Shown: piece by piece, positions 24,101 to 36,100 of the stretch
How the letters are laid out: each line of letters opens with the position of its first letter
How positions within the stretch are numbered: position 1 is the first letter of the stretch
DNA from: Scyliorhinus canicula
Lineage: Eukaryota
Direction of reading: 5' to 3'
DNA length: 64,000 nucleotides
Assembly: GCF_902713615.1 (NCBI RefSeq)
Contig: NC_052160.1
Coordinates: forward strand, 41,419,440 to 41,483,439
Program-made: the position numbers and the translations under genes
The notes under the pieces: model-generated
What the model saw: only the letters and a program-made list of their open reading frames with translations
Database searches by the model: none
What the model was told of the DNA's origin: nothing

Positions 24101-27100
24101 CTGAGGGAGTGCTGCATTGTCAGAGGGACAGTACTGAGGGAGTGCGGCACTGTGAGATGGTCAGTACTGAGGGAGTGCTGCACTGTCAGAGGGTCAGTAC
24201 TGAGAGAGTGCTGCACTGTTAGAGGGTCAGTACTGAGGGAGTGCTGCACTGTTAGAGGGTCAGTACAGAGGGAGAGCTGCATTGTCAGAGGGACAGTACT
24301 GAGGGAGTACTGCATTGTCAGAGGGACAGTACTGAGGGAGTACTGCATTGTCAGAGGGACAGTGCTGAGGGAGTGCTACATTGACAGAGGGACAGTGCTG
24401 AGGGAGTGCTACATTATCAGAGGGATAGTACTGAGGGAGTGCTGCACTGTCAGAGGGTCAGTACTCGAGGGAGTGCTGCACTGTCAGAGGGTCAGTACTG
24501 AGGGAGTGCTGCACTGTCAGAGGGTCAGTACTGCGGGAGTGCTGCACTGTCAGAGGGTCAGTACTGAGGGAGTGCTGCACTGTCAGAGGGTCAGTACTGA
24601 GGGAGTGCTGCATTGTCAGAGGGACAATAGTGAATAACTGCGCACTGTCAGAGGGACAGTACTGAGGGAGCACTGTGCTGTCAGAGGGACAGTACTGAGG
24701 GAGTACTGTGCTATCAGAGGTGCAATACTGAGGGAGTACTGTGCCTGCCAGAGGGTCAGCACTGAGGGAGAACCACACAGTCAGGAGGAGCAGTCGTGAG
24801 GGGCGTACTGCACTGTCTGAGGGATGTTAGTGAGGAAGAACCACACTATCAGAGTGACAATACTTGCTGTATAAGTGGCAACATTTGTCCATTGTTTCCA
24901 ATGACTGACCAGCCCTTGCTGATTTGCTTTTCCTGTCGAGTTACTTAGGTTTGTTGTCTCTCTCCCTATTGCAGGAACTTCAGTTAATGCACCACCCCCC
25001 CTCCATGGAAACTGCTTCACCTTCAATGGTGGTGAGAACGACATCATCCTCAAGACCATCACGGCGGTCCGAAAATGGTAAAAACCCACTGGGCGAAAGT
25101 ACTTGTCTCCGACAGAAAGACGCTGGGCTGGCGGGCACATGTCGCAGTAGTGGTTAGCATTGGGACTGCAGCGCTGTGGACCCAGGTTCGAATCTCGGCC
25201 CTCTGGTCACTGTCCATGTGGAGTTTGCACATTCTTCCCATGTCTGGTTGAGTTTCACCCCCACATCCAAAGATGTGCAGGTTAGGTAGATTGGTCATGC
25301 TAAATTGCCCCTTAATTAGGACAAAAAATAATGGGTACTCTAGATTTAAAAAAGAATAAAGAAAGACGTTGGGCTGATTCTCCGCTTTGCGACGCCGGAA
25401 ATGTGAATTGCGAACGGGCGGAGAATCGGTGCGCCCGGCACAAATCATAGTTTGAACCCCATTCGGGTGCCCTCACCCGGACCCTCCCCAGATGCGAGAA
25501 ATGGGATTTGTGCCCCACTACGGTGTGGGCATGCACACTGGCATTTACCTGCAGTAAATCATGATTAGCGGCTTGGACAGAAACATGCTTTGCCCTTTCG
25601 TGATGCTCCACCACTCTCAGGTGGGTGTCTCGCAGGCGCAAATTACTACAAGTATTTGCCTGGGCCGGGTGGCAGTAGCGGGGCGCAACTTGGTGCAAGT
25701 CTGTGGACCTCAGGGTGTCTCCCGCTCGGGATTGGGATGACCTGGCTCAGTCTGCCATTGCTGCAGTCTTTTCAAATACAACGCTTGGTGCTACTTACCG
25801 ACTCATGGCTGCTCACACTGCTGAGGGTGCCTGTGTCGTTTGAATGTTCAGAAGGCCCTCTGGTCATCTGGTGGCCCACCCAGGCTGCCCACTCTGGACA
25901 TACCCTGCATACATAACAATGCCAAGCTCAATCAGGAGCCCACCAGGTTACTGCTACCTCACGGCGCCAGGGCCCAGGTTCGATCCCGGCCCCGGGTCAC
26001 TGTGTGAAGTTTGCACATTCTCTCCATGTCCCACCTCTCACAAACCCAAAAATGTGCAGGTTAGGTGGACTGCCATGCTCAATTGCCCCCTTAATTGGGA
26101 AAAAAAAGAATTGGGTACTCTAAATTTATATGATGAAAAGGAGCCCACCAGGTGTTGGGACCCCTCAGAAGCACCTGCTCCACTGCAAAGGTAGCAGGGG
26201 ATCAACGGAGCTCGCCCCAACCAGAGGACACCGCACCATGGTCTTGGAGACCTCCCTGGTTTCATGCCCCTCTCAGGGCAGAGGCCCTTACCAGTGACCC
26301 CGCCACCCCTCGGGACTCAACAACTGTATCCTCATGGTGAGGTTGGCGGCACTTGACTGCCTTTTGTCACCAATTCCCAGGCTCGGTTCAGGGGGGTGGG
26401 CTTGGGCCTGTGGCCCACCCAGGGGAAGAAGGTGTCCCTCCACACCACACACACATGGAGCTGTGGGTCCACCTCGGCACTGCGACCCTCAGGGGGGTAC
26501 ATCTTCTGTGAGACATAAGACCATAAGACCATAAGACATAGGAGTGGAAGTCAGGCCATTCGGACCATCGAGTCCACTCCACCATTCAATCATGGTGATC
26601 TGCGAGGCTGCAGTGTGGTAAATGGAGTGCTTAAAACAGCTCCAGCTGCCAGGCCTCTTTAGGGTTAGAATGCCTACTGGGCCAGAATTGTTCAGAATTC
26701 ACTGCCAGCAGAGTGCTGCCCTATTTGATTGACCTGACTCTCTTACCGATTAGTGTCCCCAACGGGAACGGGAACCGCACCCGACGCCGGTGCCGGCATC
26801 AACACATAGGGCATGATCAACCGGCTGTGTTACGCTCTCGCTTGAGACGCGGTGAGGCCGATGCTGGATGCTGGGAGAAGCCTCCTGCGGATTTCCCAGC
26901 AGCCTTCACGCCTCACAGGCTTTACCCAAGTCCATCAGAATCATGGCCAAGGGGCGTGACCAAATGGCACTTGCGAAGGTCAACGAGCTTACCCGGGATC
27001 TGGGGGGGGGGGGGGGGTTGGGTTATGTGGGGGGGGGTTGGGGTTGTGGGGGGTGGGTTGGGGTTGTGGGGGGGGTTGGGGTTGGGGGGGTGGGGGGGGG

Positions 27101-30100
27101 TGGTGGGGGGGGGGGTTGGGGGTGGGGGTGGGGGGGGTTGGGGGTGGTGGGGGTGGGTGGGGGGGGGTTTGGGGGGAGTCTCTAGGCTAGCGGGACGATC
27201 CCATGGTGGTCAGGGTCAATGCAGGGTGTCTCGCTGGCTCCCCCCAGAAAGTAGACACCTTGGCAGTGCCTGGGTGGCACTGCCAAGCTGACACGAGCAC
27301 TGCTAGGGTGGCACTGCCAAGGTCCAGGGGCTGAGGACGACCATGCCCATGAAAGGAGGGTGAAGGGGGGGGTTTGAAGAATGGGCAGGGGTGCATGGCA
27401 GGTAAGAAGGGGACTGTTGGAGGTTGTGGGGTTGACGGATGGGGGTCCTGCAAGGGGGGGCCTGGAAGGAGGCGTGGGGAGGCCTGAAGAAGAGGGACCC
27501 CCAGGGACCCTATAGCAGGGTGTGCTCACTTGGTGGAGCGTGGGGCAGTGCCTATGTGCGTGGGGACGACATTGCCCATGGGTAGGGTGTGTGGGGGACC
27601 CACAAGTTCGCTGAGAGATTGGGATACCCCTTTCAAAATGCGGCGTGATCTCTGAGTTCAGCTTCTCAGCGCTAATGAAAATTCTAAGTGTGGGCTAAAC
27701 CGGTGAGAAACTCCCCAGGGTCCAAGAAAGTGACAGAGTGTCTTTGAATAGCTGTGGGAAACTCGCTGACAGAGCCAGCGGGAAACTTCCTGAAAAACAC
27801 GTCACAAATGAACTTAGAAAGTTTTCCATTGAATTCCGCCCATGGTTGCCCAAATGGATAATCCTGTCTGTCGTCAAAAGTTCAAGAGAAAATGGAACTG
27901 GAAATGATTTTGTCCAACATCTTACTCTGTTTATGCAGTCTATCGTATGGCCCTGGGTGCAGCCTACCTTTACTTAGATCCAGGATGTGGCCGACCCTTT
28001 ACTCTGGCCCTAGCTGGTACAGTCTACTATCAGCTAACAGCACAGGACAAGGCTCAACTCTGGATTCTTTGCGGCTTGTAAAGCTCAGTTACTGACTGGA
28101 TTAAGTCAACAAGCCATTGGAAAACCATTTAAAATCTCTATTATAGTTATTACAACCTTATTTCTCTTTCCTCCAGCAGTTGCAATTCCCCTCCTAGGTT
28201 TTGCTATAATTACCACAAAGTAAATGACCTTCATGATAGACCACTTCTTGCACATAAGGTCTGACCGATATCCATCATAAACTCTGACTGATAGCCATCT
28301 CAAGGTTTTACTCACTCTGAACCAATGTCCTCTAAGCCACCGTTTTCAACACTGTCAGATACATGCGTGAGTGAACGCAGGAACTATTAAAATTACTCAC
28401 ATGAACAACACAGGAGCTGGCCGTTCAGTCCATTGTACCTGTGACGATGGCTCTTCGAAAGAGGATTATTTTCCCCAGATCCTGTGAAATGTTTCTTTTT
28501 CAAGTATTTATCCACTTTTCTTTTAAAAGTTGTGATAAATTCTGCTTCCTCCACCATTTCAGTTGGACATTCCATATCCTAGCAACCCTCTGCGGAAGAA
28601 AATTTCTTCAAATTCTCCCTTTGCTCTTAAAAGTATTTTTATCCCCCAATTACCAACTGCTTTCAGGAAAGATTGGGAGAAGAACAAAGAGGCGGTGAGG
28701 GAACAATGCGATAAAACTTACATCACACTGGAGTATTAATGGTCAAAGGCCATGTCAGTCATGGCTCATTATATATCTTTCGCCTCCGAGTCAGGAGGTC
28801 ATGAGTTCAAACTCCACCCCCTCCAGGGATTTAAGCACATCATGCAGACTGACATTCTAATCTAGGGCAGTACTGAGGGAGTGCTGCACTGTCAGAGGGT
28901 CACTACTGAGGGAGTGCTGCTCTGTTGGAGTTACTGGACTGGATTCTCCATTGTCGGGATGCTCCATTTCGCTCGAGGTGCACTCATGCCCGTGGATTTC
29001 CCGACAGCGCGCGGGTGCCCACAATGGGAGACTCCATTGGCCAGCTGGCGGGATGAAGGATCCCGGTGCCGACGGGACTGCGCCGCACCAGAAAACGGTG
29101 CGGCGGGACGGAGAATCCCACCCCTTTCAGATGAGACAATAAACCAAGCCTCAATCAGCCCCCTCGGGGTGGATATACAAAATCCCATTATACTAATTGA
29201 AGAGGAACAGTAGAGTTTTTAGTGCTGTCCTGGACAATATCCCTCAACCAACATCATTGAAGCAGATTATAGGGCGGCACGGTGACACAGTGGTTAGCAC
29301 TGCTGCCTCACGGTGCCAAGGACCCGGGTTCGATCCCGGGTCAGTGTCCGTGTGCAGTTTGCACTTTCGCCCCGTGACTGCGGAGGTCTCATACCCCAAC
29401 CCAAAGAATATGCAGGGTAGGTGAAATTTTTAATTAAATCAGATTATCTGGCCATTTTCCCATTGCTGTTTGTGACGGCTTGCTGTACGTCAATTAGTTT
29501 TTTTTAAATTTAGGATACCCAATTCTTTTTTCCAATTAAGGGGCAATTTAGCATGGCCAATCCACCTGCCCTGCACATCTTTGGGTTGTGGAAGTGACAT
29601 GGGGAGAATTTGCAAACTCCACACGGACAGTGACCTGGGGCCGGGATCGAACCTGGATCCTCAGCGCCGTAGGCAGCAGTGCTAAACACTGCTCCATCGT
29701 GCTGCCCACAGTACACAAATTAGTTACTGTGTTTCCTAGATCACAACAGTAACTACAGTTTATTGACCGTAAAGCATTTTGGGATATACGGAATTCATGA
29801 AAGGCACTACATAAGCACAAGTCTTTATTTATTTTCTCTCTCACAGGCCTGAAGGTAACTCTGCACCTGGATGAGAATGAGTATAATCCATATCTGTTCA
29901 CCTCAATGGGAGCGAAAATTGTCATTCACGATCAGAATGAACAGCCATTTGTTGAAGACATGGGGATTGAGATACAGACAGCAACTGAGACAGCCATAGG
30001 CCTTGATAAGGTAAACCACCCAAAAGGGACCTTGTTCATTGGGGTTGGGGGAGAACTAAACATCATGCATGAGCCAATAATCTCAGGTCAACAGATGCCA

Positions 30101-33100
30101 TAGCAAACCTTACGGTGTTCTACAAACTTGGTTTGGAATTAACTTCAAATGTCAGGACTGTTTCTGTTTGACTTTTGAGGTCACCTAACCAAAAGATTCT
30201 TAATGGAACAGACAGAACTGTTGGTGATGTGATTTTCAAATGCTGTTCATTGGGAATAGGAATAAGAATGAGGCAGGGCGGATATGTTCTGATAAAGTTT
30301 ATTTTTTAGACTGCTTTTTTCCCCTTTTTAGGGAGGCAGTGGTGTAGTGGTATTGTCACTGTACTAGTAATCTAGAGACCCAGGGTAATGATCTGGGGAC
30401 CAGGTTCGAATCCCACCACCGAAGATGATGGAATTTGCTTTCAATTAAAAAAACAGGGATTAAAAGACTATGAAACCATTGGCAATAGTTGTAAAGAGCC
30501 ATCTCGTTCATTAATGTCCTTGAAAAGAAGGAAATCTGCTGTCCTTACCTACATGTGACTCCAGATCCACAACTATTTGGTTGACTCTTAACTGTGCTCT
30601 GAAATGGCCTAGCAAGCCACTCAGTTCTACCGCTACAAAGTTAATAAAAAGGAATTAAACTGGATGGACTACCCAAAATTGACCGAGGCACCGGGATCGA
30701 CAATGGCAAACTCAGCCCTATCGACCCAGCAAAGTCCTCCTAACTAACATCAGGGGCTTTGTGCCAAAAATGGGAGAGCTGTCTGACAAACTAGCCAAGC
30801 AACAGCCTGACGTAGCCATACTCATGGAATCATACTTTACAAATAACATCCCAGATACCACTATCAGCATCCTGGAGCACACCTGCTCCACCAGCAGGAC
30901 GAACCCAGCAGAGTTGGCAACACATTGGTATACAATTGAGAAGGAGTTGCCCAGGGAGTCCTCAACATTGGCTCTGAACTAGGGCAGCATGGTGAAGCAG
31001 TGGTTAGCACTGCTGCCTACGGCGCTGAGGATCCGGGTTCGATCCCGGCCCCGGGTCACTGTCTGTGTGGAGTTTGCACATTCTCCCCATGTCTGCGTGG
31101 GTTTCACCCCCACATCCCAAAGGTGGGCAGGGTAGGTGGATTGACCACGCTAAATTGCCCCTTAATTGGAAAAAATTAATTGGGTACTCTAAATTTATTT
31201 TAAAAACATTGACTCTGGACCTCATGAAGTCTCATAGAATTTACAGTGCAGAAGGAGGCCATTCAGCCCATCGAGTCTGCACCGGCTCTTGGAAAGAGCA
31301 CCCTACCCAAGGTCAACAACTCCACCCTATCCCCATAACCCAGTAACCCCACCCAACACTAAGGGCAATTTATCATGGCCAATCCACCTAACCTGCACAT
31401 CTTTGGACTGTGGGAGGAAACCGGAGCACCCGGAGGAAACCCACGCACACACGGGGAGGATGTGTACTCCGCACAGACAGTGACCCAAGCCGGAATCGAA
31501 CCTGGGACCCTGGAGCTGTGAAGCGATTGTGTTATCCACAATGCTACCGTGGCATCAGGTCAACATGGACAAAGAAACCTCTTGCTAATTACCATGTACC
31601 ACTAGTCTCGCACCTCAAAACTGGGTATCCCTGAACTCTGGTCATCATCAGCAGCAGACATGTACTCAGTTGTATTCAATCTGTAACTCATAGTTTATCC
31701 TATCTCCCACTCTACCATTACAACTAAGCCAGGGGATCAACCCTGGTTCAATGAAGAGTGCAGGACGGCCTGCCAGGAACAACACTATGCATAATTTAAA
31801 ATTAGGGAGAAGATGTAATCAATAGTGCTATGAAGCAGCTCTGACAAAGCAATAATCTGCATACTGACACTCTGTATGGGTTCTGTCAGGGCCACATGGC
31901 CCCTGGAGTTATTACAGTCTTGGTCTAAACATGGACAAAAGAGCTGAACTCCAGAGATGAGTTGAGAGTGTCTGCCCTTGACATCAAGGCAGCATTTGAC
32001 CCAGTGTGACATCAATTAGCCCTAGCAAATCTGGAGTCAATGGTAATAGTGATAGAAACTCACTACTGGTTTGAGTCATACTTAGCACAAAGGAAGGTAA
32101 TTGAGGGCCAGAACATCATTGAAGGGGTTTATCAGGGTCCTACGCCTTACCATCTTCAGCTGCTTCATCAATGACCTTCCTTCCCTCATAAGGTCATAAG
32201 TGGGCGTGTTCGCTGATGATCGCACAATGTTCAGCACCATTCATGACTCCTCGGATACTGAAGCAGTCCAGGTCCAAAAACATTAAGACCAGGTCAAGAT
32301 CCAGGCTTGGACTGACAAGTAGCAAACAATATTTGTGTCATACAAGTGCCCGGCAATGACCATCACCAACAAAAATGACATTCAATGGCATTACAGTCAC
32401 TGAATCCCCCACCATCTACATCCTGGGGGGTTACCATTGACCAGAAACTGAACAGGACAAGCCATGTAAGTACTGTGGCTACAAGAGCAGGTCAGAGGCT
32501 AGAAATTCTGCAGCGAGTAACTCCCCTCCTGACTCCCTAATGTCCATCACCTACAAGGCACAAGTCAGGAGTGTAATGGAATACTCTCCCCTTGCCTGGA
32601 TGAACGCAGCTCCAACAACACTCAAGAAGCTCAACACCACCCAGGACAAAGCAGCCTGCTTGATTGGCACCCCTTCCACAAACATTCACTCCCTTCACCA
32701 CTGACACACAGTAACAGCAGTGTGAACCGGGCCCCAACAACAACGCCCACACCTGTCCTCCACCTCAGAGAGGAATCCATTCATCCTCACCTTAGTCAGG
32801 TGAGCCCTGTGCACCGCCTTGAATTGGATGAGACTAAGCCGCGCACATGAGAACGTGGAGTTGACCCTGTGAAGGGCCTCGCTCCATACTTATCATCCAG
32901 AATGGGATTCAACTCACCCTCTAATTTCACCTTTATCTCATTCAACAAAGCGGACTCCGCTGATAGGGTATCACCTTATATGCACAAAATAATCCGTCCC
33001 ACCAGACCCAGCCAAAGTCAAAGTCTTCTTCAATAGGGAGGAGGGGGAGAATGTATAAACTCCACATGCACAGTGACTCGGGGCCGGGATCAAACCCGGG

Positions 33101-36100
33101 TCCTCGGTGCCATGAGTCAGCAGTGCTAACCATTACACCACCGTGCCACCCCATATGTTGATTTATTATAATGATCTACACTTGAACGTTGGGAAATGCG
33201 CCCGTCAATGACGGAGGGAAGGGACAATCGAGTCACACATTTACATCATCGGAAAACGTTACTTTGCTGTTCTGCCATGTTTTCCAATCCCATCGTCGAC
33301 CTGACGGGAGCAGGAGCGGAAAATCCCAGCCATAGGTTACAAAAGAAAGAAAGTTATGGTGATGCTTTATAAAACACTGTTTTGGCCTCAGCTGGAGTAT
33401 TGTGTCCAATTCTAGGCACCACACTTCAGGATGGATGCAAAGTCATTAAACAGGGTGACAGTGATGAAGGACATTAGTTACAAGGATCAATTGCAAAAGA
33501 TGAGGCTTTTCTCCTTCGAGCAGAGAAGGTTGAGAGGAGACTCCACAGAAGTATTCAAAATCATGAGGTGTCTGGATAGAGGAGACAGGGAGAAACTGTT
33601 CCCATTGGTGGTAAGGTCAAGAACCAGAGGAAAAAGGAATCAATAGTGACATGAGGAAAGGCTTTTTCACGTATGACTGCTTAGTTTCTACTGGAGACTG
33701 GCGGAAGCAGATTCAATTGTATTTTTTCAAAGATTCTTGGGTAAGCATCTGAAAGAAAACACTTGGCAGGGCCACTGGAAACGTCAGAGGAGTGGAACTA
33801 GCTGTCTCTGACAGACAGTCAGCATGGACACGATGGGCTGAATGGCCACCTTCTCTGCTGTACCCGTTCTACAATAGATTATAATAGATTAATTCAGCCT
33901 GTGTACAAAGGCGTGCTGCACTGTACTAAATTCTCTCTTATGCGTTAACACCTGCAAAGTAGCACACATGATTCTATGAACATATTAAGTGTGTGTACCC
34001 CCCAATCTTGACCGATAGTTTTGTTAGCTGCAATTTGCCTTTTCCTGAAGACTCTCAGAACTCCCTTGCTGTTGTTTCAGACAGTATTGAAGAGGCTGAG
34101 CAGCCCATATAGTGACTGTACTATGGATGGATTTGATGTGCCTATGACAAATCTCTATAACAAGACCTACTCATTGCAGGTAAGGATTCAACTTACGTAC
34201 AGCTGACAAAACAAACCTAAGGGTTGAGGATAGAGGCCGGAGTCTAACCTGGCTGATTTTCTATTTGCCCTATAGATGTGTCTGCACTCGTGCTTTCAAA
34301 TGGAAATGGTCCGTAGCTGTGGCTGTGCTCACTACGCAAAGCCATTGCCACCAGAAGCAGAATACTGCGACTACACAAAGTACCCAGGGTGGAGTGAGTT
34401 CACACTTTCTCTCTGCCGATACCTCCAGTTGCGTAGAATTCTACATCCAAAGATCATAATATAACAAATAAATTTGAAGCAATTTGACCTGTTATGTGGT
34501 TCGGTAGAGGGGACACTTTATGCACAGCAAGATCCCAAAAAGTGCTTCAATTTTAATTTCCAGTTAGTCTCCAAGTTTAGACAGTGATGGTTAGTGAAGG
34601 AGTGTTGAGCAGGATGCTGGTAGAATGTAAGGAAAATATCTGATCGAGATGCTTAAAATGATTAAATGATTTAATAGGCGAAGCTACTTCCAGTGGTGGG
34701 TGCAGGTGGGGGGGGGGGGGGGGGGGGGGGGGGGTGCAGAGTCCAGAACAAGGAGTACTAACCTTAAACTTAGAACTAGGTCATTCAGAAGATCTGAAAC
34801 AATATGGATTTGATTCTGTGTAAATATCATTTGAGATTATTGTGTTACCTGTGATTGTTTAAGAAACTGCTTTCTTTCCCCACAGTTTCCTGCTATTACA
34901 GACTGCGCAACCAGTTTATTCAGGAGCAGTTGGTTTGCCAGAAAACTTGTCGACCTGCCTGTCAGTAAGTTCCCCAGGCCCAAAACCTGACCATCCTTCC
35001 CCAACTCTGAGACATGTCTGGAGAGAGCACCAAAGATGCAGAGTTGCAATTATTCCCCATGACATTTACAACCTCCGCAGGACTCATTACAGAGAAAAGT
35101 ATCTGCTTCCTTGTCTTTAGATTATCAGGCCACCTGAACAGATGTAAAGAACGTTCTCTGTACAATCGTAGTCCAATTCACTGATGTAAAGGCCAGTTTC
35201 TGGTTCAATGCTGGTCCTGTAGAGTCAGTGCCCTATTTCAACTTTCTCTCTCACTTTATCTCAGTGACTCAGCTTGCTAATAATGCTTTGTGTGATCTTT
35301 CCCACAGTTCCAAGGAATGGACAATGACCATTAGTGATGCTGAGTGGCCTTCATCACCATCTGAGGTGAGCAGTAACGGGGAGATATACCCCACCTCTAG
35401 CAACTGGATTATTTATTCATAGTCAGTCTGTGTCAAATGAGAAATCTTTCAAAAGGAAACATCGTTGGGGAGTCAAGTATTGTTTACAGGTGGCCACATG
35501 CACACTTTCTACTCAAACACAACAAACAAGTTAATTATCCTCCAATGCACTCGCACACTCTCTCACACCCCTGCTCACTCCGTCACAAACCCAGTCACAT
35601 CTATGGACACTCACAAGTAAATACACATTCACACTAACTCACACGCCCACTCATTCCCACTTAGTCAGACACACATGCAAACTGACCACTGAGATACAAA
35701 CAAACTCATGGACACAAACACTCACACACCCATACAGACTGAAAAGATAGATAGATCTGCATAAACATAGTGCCTTTCCTCACCTCGTAACATCCCAAAG
35801 CACTTTACAGCCAACAAAGTATGTGATGGCCAGGATTCTCCGTTGCGAGTCCGCCCCACTACCGTTGCAAGCGAGGATGGAGAATTTGGCGCACAGCTAA
35901 ATCCTCCATTCACCACAGCAGGACGGGAGAATCCCGCTGCCGTGAACAGCTGGAGAATCCCGCTGGCGTGAACGGACGGAGAATCCCGCCCAATGTAATA
36001 TAGGAAGCTTGGCAGCTAATTTGCTCACAGCAATTTCCCACAAATCCACTGATTAATGAGTGGATTATCTGTTTCTTGTGATGTGGGTTGACCAAGACTC

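Noticed and set aside
16465-24820. CRISPR-like regular repeats
   Set aside because: No unique spacers, no cas genes, and a vertebrate intron context; these are minisatellites.
27001-27180. Poly-G tract and other long G/C homopolymers (e.g. ~34710, ~42665, ~55890)
   Set aside because: Common throughout the window, of uncertain length, and with no evidence of function.
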